From Candidatus Kaiserbacteria bacterium (lineage in GTDB: Bacteria; Patescibacteriota; Minisyncoccia; Phycocordibacterales; JABAAK01): DNA of 62,731 bases. Location of the stretch: the NCBI GenBank assembly GCA_028820405.1, contig JAPPJI010000001.1, forward strand, positions 1 through 62,731, given 5' to 3'. The stretch's first letter is position 1, and every line of letters begins with the position of its first letter. The notes below the pieces were generated by a model. That model saw only the letters and a list, made by a program, of their open reading frames with translations. It was not told where the DNA came from and searched no databases. The translations under genes were made by a program, and so were the position numbers. Below are positions 8,518 through 16,475 of the stretch, piece by piece.

Positions 8518-9003
8518 ATGCATATCCTGCTCTGCGAAAATATACGGAGTACGCTTAATGTCGGCAGTATATTTCGAACTGCAGATGCGGTTGGGTTTGA
8601 AAAGGTGCTCCTCGTCGGCTACACCCCCTGCCCCATTGATCGCATGGGTCGGGAAAACGAAAAGATGCATAAAACCGCACTCGGTGCAGAAAAAACAGTG
8701 CCCTGGCACCACTACGAAACAGTTGGCGGTGCATTGCAGGATCATCAATATGCAACGCCGGTTGTCATTGAGCAGACAGATCGTGCAACTTGCTACACCG
8801 ATTATGCGTTGAGTAATCCCACTATTTTCATCTTCGGCAATGAAGTGTCCGGAGTATCACAAGATGTGCAAAAAGAGGTTCCCCTGCATCTCTCTGTACC
8901 GATGCGAGGGAAAAAAGAATCGTTAAACGTCGCTGTCTGTGCCGCAGTTATCGCGTACCACTATGCGATGGTTTCGTGCAACAAAGAGAGCCGAGGAACG
9001 TGA
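8518..9003 (+). CDS. SpoU/TrmH-family RNA 2'-O-methyltransferase
   Basis: Motifs ENIRSTLNVGSIFRTADAVG, IFIFGNEVSGVS and IPMRGKKESLNVAVCAAVIAY, which are the SPOUT knot motifs. Confidence 0.8.
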   Translation: MHILLCENIRSTLNVGSIFRTADAVGFEKVLLVGYTPCPIDRMGRENEKMHKTALGAEKTVPWHHYETVGGALQDHQYATPVVIEQTDRATCYTDYALSNPTIFIFGNEVSGVSQDVQKEVPLHLSVPMRGKKESLNVAVCAAVIAYHYAMVSCNKESRGT

Positions 9004-9015
9004 TGTCCTCGGCTC
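8988..9015. terminator. perfect 10-bp hairpin between convergent genes
   Basis: GAGCCGAGGA (8988..8997), 8-nt loop, TCCTCGGCTC (9006..9015). It spans the TGA stop at 9001. The U-tract is weak on both strands. Confidence 0.4.
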
Positions 9016-9026
9016 AGGGTGAATTG

Positions 9027-9500
9027 CTACCGTTCTCGCCAGCCAGCCTGTCTGCGGATTGGACACAGGATCGGATCGGTGTTTTTGTTGGGGAAAAGGG
9101 TGAGAGGGAGTCGTTCAATCTCCTTGCGGTATTCTTCCATCTCTGCGAGTAGTTCGTTCAGGGTGAGCTGATAGATACCCACCCACCCTTTGTATTCTTC
9201 ATAGGTGATGAACGTCTTTATGAGTTCGGATATTCGGTTTGCCTCTCGGTTTAGGTCATCAATAGTACGCTTCTGCAGGCGAGACCGGCAGTTGTATTCG
9301 GGCAGGGGGCGGATAGGTCGTCGCCCGAAGAACGGCTCTGCCATTATTTCCATGCTTGACAGAAGCTTTTTCAGCTTGAACCGATAGCAGTATACGAGAC
9401 CGGGCTGCTGACTCTTGTTAAAAAATAAGATAAGGTCAACGTATCTCGACAGACCTGTTTCAATGCCTTCAGATTGTTGTTCAGCTGCGGTAAAGGGCAT
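9027..9500 (-). CDS. hypothetical protein (157 aa)
   Basis: Start trimmed to ATG 9500 (MPFTAAEQQ), which follows a strong SD GGAGGTGG (reverse complement of 9503..9510). No family recognised. Confidence 0.55.
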   Translation of the reverse strand: MPFTAAEQQSEGIETGLSRYVDLILFFNKSQQPGLVYCYRFKLKKLLSSMEIMAEPFFGRRPIRPLPEYNCRSRLQKRTIDDLNREANRISELIKTFITYEEYKGWVGIYQLTLNELLAEMEEYRKEIERLPLTLFPNKNTDPILCPIRRQAGWRER

Positions 9501-9587
9501 GACCACCTCCTTTCTGTTGACAGCACAATACGTTAGCAAAGGTTACTTAAATCCCCTCTTTACCTATCATATAGTACATCGCCGCGT

Positions 9588-9615
9588 TTGACAAAACAGC
9601 AAATGCCGTTATATT
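9588..9615 (+). promoter_or_regulatory. sigma70-type promoter TTGACA-16-TATATT, 8 nt upstream of topA ATG 9624 (leaderless)
   Basis: TTGACA at 9588..9593 and TATATT at 9610..9615. The TTG start used by the track at 9588 is the -35 box itself. Confidence 0.55.
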
Positions 9616-9623
9616 CAGTAACT

Positions 9624-11795
9624 ATGAGGCACCTTGTTATTGTTGAGTCACCAACGAAGGTAAAAACGGTCGGAAAGTACCTCGGACGTGAGTACGACGT
9701 CGTTGCATCAGTCGGTCACATACGAGATCTTCCCAAGAGTGATAAAGATGCAGTTGATGTCGAACATGATTTTAAGCCGAAGTACGTTGTGAGCAAGGAA
9801 AAGGAGAAGGTTGTGGATGATATTGCAAAGCGGGCAAAAAAAGTAGATTCGGTCATTCTTGCAACTGACCCCGATCGAGAGGGAGAAGCCATTGCGTGGC
9901 ATATTCAGCAGGCGACGGGAGTGAAGAATCCGAAGCGGATTATTTTCCATGAAATCACTGAAGAGGCAGTGCTTGAAGCACTCAAGCACCCCCGCTCTAT
10001 TAACCAGGAGCTGCGTAAATCACAGGAAGCACGACGGGTTCTTGACAGGCTCTTTGGCTACACTCTCAGCAAGCTCATTTGGGAAAAGGTGCGGTACGGT
10101 CTCTCAGCCGGTCGCGTGCAGTCCCCCGCCCTCCGCATCCTCATGGAGCGTGAGCGTGAGATACAGAAATTCAAACCGGAGACGTTTTGGGAACTCAACG
10201 GAACATTTAAACGGAAAGATGGGTCAGAGCATCTTGCGTCCTGTGAAGTCACCTTTCCGGAGAAGGAAAAAGATACGGTACAAGACATTCTCAAACGTGC
10301 TCCGCAGGAGTCGTGGACTGTTCATGCCGTACAGGAGCGACTGCAAAAGAGAAACCCGCGGGCACCGTTCACCACGTCTACCATGCAGCAGGCTGCAAAC
10401 TCAATGCTCGGCTGGTCACCGTCGTATACCATGCGGATGGCACAAAAATTGTATGAGGCCGGTCACATCACCTACATGCGAACGGATTCAACCAGTCTCT
10501 CTGCGAGTGCACATGCAATGATTAAGAACCGTATCACAGAGACGTACGGTAAGCAGTACTACAAACGAACAATCTACAAGACAAAAAGCAAATCGGCGCA
10601 GGAAGCCCACGAAGCAATCCGGCCATCAAATATTGCCAATGTATTTTGCGGCACGACAAAACAAGAGAAAGCCCTCTACGAACTCATCTACAACCGAACC
10701 GTTGCCAGTCAGATGATTCCCGCCGAGTTTATTCGCAAAGTTGTCTCGTTTGCTGCACATAACATTCCCCACTTCCTTGTCCGCGGTGTCTCGGTCAAAG
10801 AACTCGGTTGGTGCCGGGCAGATGAAGGATCCTGTGCAGAAGAAGTTATCCTCCCTGACTTTGCTGAAGGCGAGCCGATGACCTGCACGCAGATACAGGA
10901 GGTAGAAAAGCAAACAACGCCGCCGCCCCGATACTCCGAGGCCGGACTCGTGAAAGAACTTGAGGGGCGCGGTATCGGTCGACCGTCAACCTATGCGTCA
11001 ATTATTCAAACACTCATCGAACGAAAGTATGTTGAGAAGGAACAGCGGGCGCTTGTCCCCACAGATCTCGGCGATGTTGTCAGCACATTCATTGAGGACA
11101 ATTTCGAGTCATATATTAGTGATTCATTTACCGCGACGATGGAACAGACCCTTGACGGTATCGCGGAGGGGAAAGATACCTACGAAAAAACTCTCTCTGA
11201 CTTCTACTTTCCGTTCAAGAAGACAGTCGAAGGGAAAAAAGATATTGAGAAGCTGACAACCCTCGGTCCGGCTCCGGAGAATCTCACGTGTCCCGAGTGC
11301 GGTGCACCGATGGACCGGAAGCTGTCAAAAACCGGCGTGTTCCTCAGCTGTTCAAAATTTCCGGATTGTAAGGGGGCTCGAACGAAAGACGGTGAGGAAA
11401 TCCAACCGCCGAAAGAGATCGGTAAGGAATGCCCGAAGTGCGGTGCTCCGCTCGTGCAGCGAACCGGTCGATACGGCAACTTTATCAGCTGCCAATCGTA
11501 TCCGAAGTGTAAGTACATTGAAGAGGATCCGGAAGAGAAGAAAAAGCGTGATACCGGAGTTACCTGTACTGAGTGTAAGAAAGGAACCATTATCGAACGG
11601 AACGGTCGATACGGTCCGTTCTACGGCTGTTCAGAGTACCCTGATTGCTCCTACGCGATGAAAGCAAAACCGACAGGAGCCGTCTGTCCGCTCTGCAGTG
11701 CACTGATGATGGAGGGGACCAAGACTATCCCGGACCGTTGCTCAATTAAGACGTGTCCCATGCACAATCCGCATAAAATGGAGAAGGAGGGGTAA
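9624..11795 (+). CDS. topA: DNA topoisomerase I with four C-terminal zinc-ribbon repeats
   Basis: Toprim motif MRHLVIVESPTKVKTVGKYLG, plus DPDREGEAIAWH. Active-site tyrosine motif ITYMRTDS. Cys4 ribbons CPECGAP..CSKFPDC, CPKCGAP..CQSYPKC, CTECKKG..CSEYPDC and CPLC...CSIKTC. Confidence 0.92.
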   Translation: MRHLVIVESPTKVKTVGKYLGREYDVVASVGHIRDLPKSDKDAVDVEHDFKPKYVVSKEKEKVVDDIAKRAKKVDSVILATDPDREGEAIAWHIQQATGVKNPKRIIFHEITEEAVLEALKHPRSINQELRKSQEARRVLDRLFGYTLSKLIWEKVRYGLSAGRVQSPALRILMEREREIQKFKPETFWELNGTFKRKDGSEHLASCEVTFPEKEKDTVQDILKRAPQESWTVHAVQERLQKRNPRAPFTTSTMQQAANSMLGWSPSYTMRMAQKLYEAGHITYMRTDSTSLSASAHAMIKNRITETYGKQYYKRTIYKTKSKSAQEAHEAIRPSNIANVFCGTTKQEKALYELIYNRTVASQMIPAEFIRKVVSFAAHNIPHFLVRGVSVKELGWCRADEGSCAEEVILPDFAEGEPMTCTQIQEVEKQTTPPPRYSEAGLVKELEGRGIGRPSTYASIIQTLIERKYVEKEQRALVPTDLGDVVSTFIEDNFESYISDSFTATMEQTLDGIAEGKDTYEKTLSDFYFPFKKTVEGKKDIEKLTTLGPAPENLTCPECGAPMDRKLSKTGVFLSCSKFPDCKGARTKDGEEIQPPKEIGKECPKCGAPLVQRTGRYGNFISCQSYPKCKYIEEDPEEKKKRDTGVTCTECKKGTIIERNGRYGPFYGCSEYPDCSYAMKAKPTGAVCPLCSALMMEGTKTIPDRCSIKTCPMHNPHKMEKEG

Positions 11796-11807
11796 CGATA
11801 ATAAGGT

Positions 11808-13271
11808 ATGGCAGAGTTATTGATTACGGCAGAGGATATTATTGCAGCACGACCGAGAGGGTCTCGTGGCAAGGAGGAGGATCTCATTAGGAAAGCGTGT
11901 GCCTTTGCAAAGGAAAAGCACGGCGACCAGATGCGGTATTCCGGTCACCCCTACTACACGCATACGTTTGAAGTCGGGAGAATACTTGCCGGTATGGGCA
12001 TGGGTGCGACTGTTATCGCTGCCGGTATCTTGCACGATGTTATTGAAGACACTGACACTACGGAAAAAGATCTTGAAAAAATGTTCGGAAAAAAGATTGC
12101 CTTCTTCGTAAATGGAGTGAGCAATCTTGGTGATGTGCGGTACCGCGGTCTTGATACGCGGGTGAAGTCATTGCAAAAACTATTTGTCGCGACATCGAAA
12201 GACCTCCGGGTTATCCTCATCAAACTTATTGACCGCTTGCACAACATGCGAACACTTGACGCGGTGAGTAAGGTGAAGCGAAAGCGGATTGCAAATGAAA
12301 CAATTCGCGTCTATGCACCGATTGCTGAACGGCTCGGTATGGGTGACGTTCGATCAGAGCTTGAGGAATTAGCATTTAAACATCTTGAGCCGGATCGATA
12401 CCGATCAATCAGCGAAGAGGTGCAGGCGGTAACGAAATCTGTCTCTACTCAGGCAATGGAAAAGAAACTGACCCGTGCGATTGGCAAAAAAAGCATCACT
12501 TGTACTATCACCTCAAGAATCAAAAGTGCATATAGCACATATAACAAAATGAAGTTTAAGCGGTATTCGATTGAGCAGATTCAAGATCTTATTGCCTTTC
12601 GTATTCTTGTCGATGATGTACAGATGGCATATCGTGTCCTTGGCATCGTGCACGGTGAGTGGCGGTCAATCCCTCGGACATTTAAAGATTACATTTCCCT
12701 GCCAAAACCAAACGGATACCAAGCACTCCACACCACCATTCTTATCGGTCAACATGTTGTTGAGGTGCAAATTTTAACGCACGACATGCAACGACAGGCA
12801 CAATTCGGCATCGCAGCACATTTTACCTACAAAGAGAAACAGCGAGGAGTGCCCGGCATCAATTTAGATTGGTTCAAGAAACTGCTTCCCCAATCAGCCG
12901 TTACCGGTCCTGCGTGGGTAGATCAGGTGTCTTCCATGCACGGTGACGGTGAAGAATTTCTGCAGAACATGGAATCAGACTTTCTTAAAGAGCGGATATT
13001 CGTCTTCACGCCCAAAGGTGACGTTGTTGATTTGCCGAAGGAGGCGACCGTCGCTGACTTTGCGTTTGCTATTCACAGTGACATCGGTCTCAGGGCAGAA
13101 GGCGGATTCGTTAACGGTAACTATCGATCACTGCGACACGAACTCGAAAATGGTGATGTTGTGCTCGTGAAAGCCGGAAAACGCGACCGAGTGACAGAGA
13201 AATGGCTCGACTGGATAAAGACGGCGGAAGCCCGAACGAAAGTGCGGCGTGCTACAAAGAAAAGTTCTTAA
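11808..13271 (+). CDS. RelA/SpoT-homolog (p)ppGpp synthetase/hydrolase (HD + synthetase + TGS; no ACT/RRM tail)
   Basis: HD motif HDVIEDT and DRLHNMRT. Synthetase motifs SRIKSAYSTYNKM, DLIAFRILV and PKPNGYQALHTT. TGS motif IFVFTPKGDVVDLPKEATVADFAFAIHSDIG. Confidence 0.9.
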   Translation: MAELLITAEDIIAARPRGSRGKEEDLIRKACAFAKEKHGDQMRYSGHPYYTHTFEVGRILAGMGMGATVIAAGILHDVIEDTDTTEKDLEKMFGKKIAFFVNGVSNLGDVRYRGLDTRVKSLQKLFVATSKDLRVILIKLIDRLHNMRTLDAVSKVKRKRIANETIRVYAPIAERLGMGDVRSELEELAFKHLEPDRYRSISEEVQAVTKSVSTQAMEKKLTRAIGKKSITCTITSRIKSAYSTYNKMKFKRYSIEQIQDLIAFRILVDDVQMAYRVLGIVHGEWRSIPRTFKDYISLPKPNGYQALHTTILIGQHVVEVQILTHDMQRQAQFGIAAHFTYKEKQRGVPGINLDWFKKLLPQSAVTGPAWVDQVSSMHGDGEEFLQNMESDFLKERIFVFTPKGDVVDLPKEATVADFAFAIHSDIGLRAEGGFVNGNYRSLRHELENGDVVLVKAGKRDRVTEKWLDWIKTAEARTKVRRATKKSS

Positions 13272-14208
13272 ACGTATACACATCATCGTCATCAGAAGTC
13301 TCCGGTGACGACTCTCCTTCGCTCACAGGAACATCTCCGGCTGGAACCGGATCGGCAATGAGACCGTCACGTTCCTCTCGTGCCTGCTGTAGTTTCTCGA
13401 TGATGCCGTCAAGGTCATCGTCAGAGAAGTAGTCAATCAGGATCCTCCCTCCTTCGTCTCCTTTTGTTCGTATTTGTACCCGAGTATCAAGGATCCCTTC
13501 AATGGCCGATTGTGCCTGCATAACACGAGGGCTGTGTTCCTGCTTCCTCGCCCGGTCGGCTGCCTGACGGCGGGCAATGGCTTCAGAGTCTCGAACGGTA
13601 ATGCGTCGTTTTATAATTTCCTGAAACAGTGCCTCTTGTTCATCAGGTCGGTCAACGAGCATGAGGAGCGGACGGGTGTGCCCTTCCTTCATCTTATTTT
13701 CAGAAAGTGCATCAAGCATGTGTTCCGGCAGCGAGAGGATGCGGGTGGTGTTTGATATGTATTCCTTGCTCCGACCCATGCGGTTCGCAAGGTCAGCACG
13801 GCTCACGCTGAATTCATTGATGAGCTGCGTGAATGCCCGTGCACGGTCAACCGGGTTGAGGTCTTCCCGCTGCAAGTTCTCTATGATGGCGAGCTCAAGC
13901 CGTGCCATGTTGTCGAGCTCGTCGGAGCGGATAATGACGGGGACATCATCAATGCCGGCAATTTCAGCTGCCCGCAATCGTCGCTCGCCGGCGATGAGTT
14001 CATATCGGGCAGTCATTGCACCGCCGTCCCCCATCGATTCTTTTTTGGTAACAACGAGCGGTTGCAAAATGCCGTACTGCCGGATAGATTGTGCCAATTC
14101 AACTAAACTTTCCTCAGAAAACACTTTTCTCGGTTGGTACGGGTTCGGGTCAATCTTACCGAGAGAAACCCAAAAAACAGACAGCGAACTCGGTCGTTCA
14201 TAATTCAT
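13252..14208 (-). CDS. parB: ParB/Spo0J-family partition protein (no parA neighbour)
   Basis: Motifs IDPNPYQPRKVF, ILQPLVV and ELIAGERRLRAAEIAG (ParB box), followed by an HTH region. Start trimmed to ATG 14208 (MNYERPSS) because the longer track ORF would run through tRNA-Leu. The 3' end overlaps the rel 3' end by 20 nt. Confidence 0.85.
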   Translation of the reverse strand: MNYERPSSLSVFWVSLGKIDPNPYQPRKVFSEESLVELAQSIRQYGILQPLVVTKKESMGDGGAMTARYELIAGERRLRAAEIAGIDDVPVIIRSDELDNMARLELAIIENLQREDLNPVDRARAFTQLINEFSVSRADLANRMGRSKEYISNTTRILSLPEHMLDALSENKMKEGHTRPLLMLVDRPDEQEALFQEIIKRRITVRDSEAIARRQAADRARKQEHSPRVMQAQSAIEGILDTRVQIRTKGDEGGRILIDYFSDDDLDGIIEKLQQAREERDGLIADPVPAGDVPVSEGESSPETSDDDDVYTFKNFSL

Positions 14209-14216
14209 ACAAGAGC

Positions 14217-14222
14217 AGTATA
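14217..14222 (-). promoter_or_regulatory. -10 hexamer TATACT 8 nt upstream of parB ATG
   Basis: The reverse complement of 14217..14222 is TATACT, with no SD. It sits back-to-back with the tRNA-Leu -10. Confidence 0.4.
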
Positions 14223-14229
14223 CACAATT

Positions 14230-14238
14230 TGATATACT
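14230..14238 (+). promoter_or_regulatory. extended -10 TGaTATACT 8 nt upstream of mature tRNA-Leu 5' end
   Basis: Read directly on the plus strand. Confidence 0.5.
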
Positions 14239-14246
14239 GCATGCGA

Positions 14247-14328
14247 GCCGAAGTGGCGGAACCGGTAGACGCGCACGACTCAAAATCGTGTACCTTTTGG
14301 TGTGAGGGTTCGACCCCCTCCTTCGGCA
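14247..14328 (+). tRNA. tRNA-Leu (anticodon CAA), class II, CCA not encoded
   Basis: Acceptor stem GCCGAAG/CTTCGGC. Anticodon stem CACGA/TCGTG with loop CTCAAAA. Long variable arm. T-arm GAGGG-TTCGACC-CCCTC. Discriminator A. Confidence 0.85.
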
Positions 14329-14342
14329 CTACAAACCATTGC

Positions 14343-15251
14343 ATGCAATCAGAGAACCCCCTCCTCGTCATCATCGGACCGACTGCCAGCGGAAAAAGTG
14401 ATCTCGCTGTTGACCTGGCACTTCGGTATCGCGGTGAAGTGGTATCTGCCGATTCACGGCAGGTGTATCGAAACCTTGACAGCACGACAGGAAAAATAAC
14501 AGGACAGGACATGCGTGGTGTTCCGCACCACCTTCTTGATATTGTTGATCCCGGAGTAATGCACAGTGCACACGACTTTGTTGATCGGGCAACCGCCTGC
14601 ATACAGGATATCCGCAGTCGCAATTACCTCCCCATTGTCGCGGGCGGCACCGGCTTTTACATTGAGGCACTCCTCTTTCACGGAACAATGAGCAATGTAC
14701 CAAGGAATGAATCGTTTCGAAAAGATGCAGAAAAACGAGATCTGCAGTCATTGCAAACGGAACTCAAGCAGCGTGATCAACATGCCTACGAGCGAACCGA
14801 CGTGCAAAACCCTCGCAGACTCATTCGTACTCTTGAAGTTATCAGGGCACTTGGCGTCTTTCCCATGCAACAACGGCACCCCCGGTATCAATACCACATG
14901 GTCGGTATTGAACACGGCATGACCCACCTCCGCGAACGGATACAACGACGGCTTGATGATCGATTTTCTGCCATGGTGCAAGAAATACAAAAGCACCTTG
15001 ATGACGGCGTTGATCCGACCTGGCTCGATAATCTTGGTTTGGAGTGCCGACATGTGGTGCGCATGTTCACCGAGCACGTTGATGAGCAGACAACACGAGA
15101 AAACCTTTTTCGGGCAATTGTTGCGTATGCAAAACGACAACGAACGTGGTGGAAACGGTATCCGGAAACGGTCTGGTACCGAGAGAATGAGCGTAAACAA
15201 CTCTACCATGACCTCGACGACTTCTTTGCAGGCGGGTCCACTAGGACTTGA
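14343..15251 (+). CDS. miaA: tRNA dimethylallyltransferase
   Basis: Motifs MQSENPLLVIIGPTASGKSDLAV, VSADSRQVYR, PHHLLD and GGTGFY. Track ORF 14091..15251 was trimmed because its N-terminal part covers tRNA-Leu and the parB start. Confidence 0.9.
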   Translation: MQSENPLLVIIGPTASGKSDLAVDLALRYRGEVVSADSRQVYRNLDSTTGKITGQDMRGVPHHLLDIVDPGVMHSAHDFVDRATACIQDIRSRNYLPIVAGGTGFYIEALLFHGTMSNVPRNESFRKDAEKRDLQSLQTELKQRDQHAYERTDVQNPRRLIRTLEVIRALGVFPMQQRHPRYQYHMVGIEHGMTHLRERIQRRLDDRFSAMVQEIQKHLDDGVDPTWLDNLGLECRHVVRMFTEHVDEQTTRENLFRAIVAYAKRQRTWWKRYPETVWYRENERKQLYHDLDDFFAGGSTRT

Positions 15252-15304
15252 ACCTAGAACGGCGGTTTTGGAGACCGCTGTTTTACCAATTAAACTATAG
15301 ACCC
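15233..15304 (-). tRNA. tRNA-Trp (anticodon CCA)
   Basis: Reverse complement reads GGGTCTA-TA-GTTTAATTGGTAAAAC-A-GCGGT-CTCCAAA-ACCGC-CGTT-CTAGG-TTCAAGT-CCTAG-TGGACCC-G. It overlaps the last 19 nt of miaA on the opposite strand. Confidence 0.85.
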
Positions 15305-15805
15305 CTCCCTATCTGTATACCACACTCGGTCGTGTTGTATGGCAGTGAGCGGGTTTCCTCCGTCATACTTAAAGACATCAACAAAGAGAAATTCTACCAA
15401 GAGCCACGCACCGAGAACGAGGATGAGTCCGAGTATCCCCCACAGCAACTTTCCTTTTGCCTTCCGAAATTCAGATTCAATATCTCCGCCACGAAGAATG
15501 TTCGTCGCAAAGAGGAATCCTATCCAGGTGATGAGGGCGACGATGCCAAAAATAGCAAACCAGATGAGGTATCGCATGATGCGAACGCCAACTTCTTTCA
15601 ATCGATCAAACGTACATGCATTTTCCGATCCGGGAAAGCCGCAATCGACAACCAGACCGTCCGGTGGGTTTACCTTTTCAGCGGGGTCAACTGATTCTTG
15701 AGGATTGCCGGTTTGGGCGGCGGCAAAAAAAGTTGTTCCGGTGAGCAAGGAGGTGAGAAGAAGAATAGCAACACTTATACGAACCGTGCGGTGCCCCAGG
15801 TACAT
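15290..15805 (-). CDS. VirB2/TrbC-like type IV secretion pilin-family membrane protein (candidate)
   Basis: Signal peptide, a Cys pair (DCGFPGSENAC), then two hydrophobic helices separated by GGDIESEFRKAKGK. This layout matches the CPR T4SS-pilin family (Pfam PF18895-like) as I remember it. The 3' end overlaps tRNA-Trp by 15 nt. Confidence 0.5.
   Translation of the reverse strand: MYLGHRTVRISVAILLLTSLLTGTTFFAAAQTGNPQESVDPAEKVNPPDGLVVDCGFPGSENACTFDRLKEVGVRIMRYLIWFAIFGIVALITWIGFLFATNILRGGDIESEFRKAKGKLLWGILGLILVLGAWLLVEFLFVDVFKYDGGNPLTAIQHDRVWYTDREGSIV
15314..15322 (-). promoter_or_regulatory. extended -10 TGgTATACA 9 nt upstream of tRNA-Trp 5' end
   Basis: The reverse complement of 15314..15322 is TGGTATACA. 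It lies inside the last codons of the pilin-like ORF. Confidence 0.45.
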
Positions 15806-15856
15806 ATACCAGCACTATACCATGTGCCTTTATTCTGCTATATACTTAAAGCACAT

Positions 15857-15942
15857 GCGTCGGTGGCAGAGTGGTCAAATGCAATGGACTGTAAATCCAT
15901 CGCCAAACGGCTTCGCAGGTTCGAATCCTGCCCGGCGCACCA
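15857..15942 (+). tRNA. tRNA-Tyr (anticodon GTA), class II, CCA encoded
   Basis: Acceptor stem GCGTCGG/CCGGCGC. Anticodon stem ATGGA/TCCAT with loop CTGTAAA. Long variable arm. T-arm GCAGG-TTCGAAT-CCTGC. Discriminator A followed by CCA. A TATACT -10 lies at 15841..15846. Confidence 0.85.
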
Positions 15943-15947
15943 GGGTA

Positions 15948-15976
15948 GTGACAAATATTCTATCATATTGTATAAT
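15948..15976 (+). promoter_or_regulatory. promoter GTGACA-17-TATAAT for ORF 16037
   Basis: GTGACA at 15948..15953 and TATAAT at 15971..15976. It is followed by a leader of about 55 nt with SD AGGAG (16026..16030). Confidence 0.5.
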
Positions 15977-16036
15977 ATATTCATATGACCTTTACCAGCC
16001 TATTAGGCCCTTGAGCTCTAAACCTAGGAGAAACTC

Positions 16037-16426
16037 ATGCTATTAATTTCGTTGGTTGCGGTGGCAGCATTGACTGCCGGTGGAGTTTTGTCCACAAACG
16101 CAGGTAGGACTATCTCTACGAGGTCCTATGAGAGCGAAACCCGAGTATTACAAGACCTGAGGGGATCAGCTCGGCAGCCGGATGTATACGCTGAGTTGGC
16201 GTTGGAGCACTTCGTCCGAGAGATGGGTGGGGTGCAGTCGTTCGTAACCTTCAAAAAAGAGGTTACGAATAACCGTTACAACAACGTTGGCGTGAAAGTC
16301 AATGCTGTCATCCTTGAGAGCGGCCGACCTACCGCCGTAAAAGCGGCACGCCGTCTCAAAGACCGGCTATATAAGGTGGGGATTATTCCCACGGTTGACA
16401 TCAAATTCGTCACTGTTGAGGAGTAA
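16037..16426 (+). CDS. hypothetical small secreted/membrane-anchored protein (129 aa)
   Basis: N-terminal hydrophobic segment MLLISLVAVAALTAGGVL. It has its own promoter, SD and terminator. No family recognised. Confidence 0.55.
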   Translation: MLLISLVAVAALTAGGVLSTNAGRTISTRSYESETRVLQDLRGSARQPDVYAELALEHFVREMGGVQSFVTFKKEVTNNRYNNVGVKVNAVILESGRPTAVKAARRLKDRLYKVGIIPTVDIKFVTVEE

Positions 16427-16438
16427 GTATTTCTCAAA

Positions 16439-16475
16439 GCCCCTACACACCCAGCGTGTGTAGGGGCTTCTTTGT
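16439..16475. terminator. intrinsic terminator hairpin shared by convergent ORF 16037 and clpB
   Basis: GCCCCTACACAC (16439..16450), loop CCAGC, GTGTGTAGGGGC (16456..16467), then TTCTTTGT. Confidence 0.6.

Noticed and set aside
9588-9623. TTG start at 9588 for topA
   Set aside because: The TTG is part of a TTGACA -35 box. The conserved Toprim N-terminus (MRHLVIVESP) begins at ATG 9624.
14091-14342. N-terminal 84 aa of track ORF 14091..15251 (miaA extension)
   Set aside because: It would read through the parB start and the whole tRNA-Leu(CAA). The conserved MiaA N-terminus with its P-loop begins at ATG 14343.
15698-16046. Track ORFs 15698..15988 and 15705..16046
   Set aside because: They run through tRNA-Tyr and its promoter, and their composition is not protein-like.
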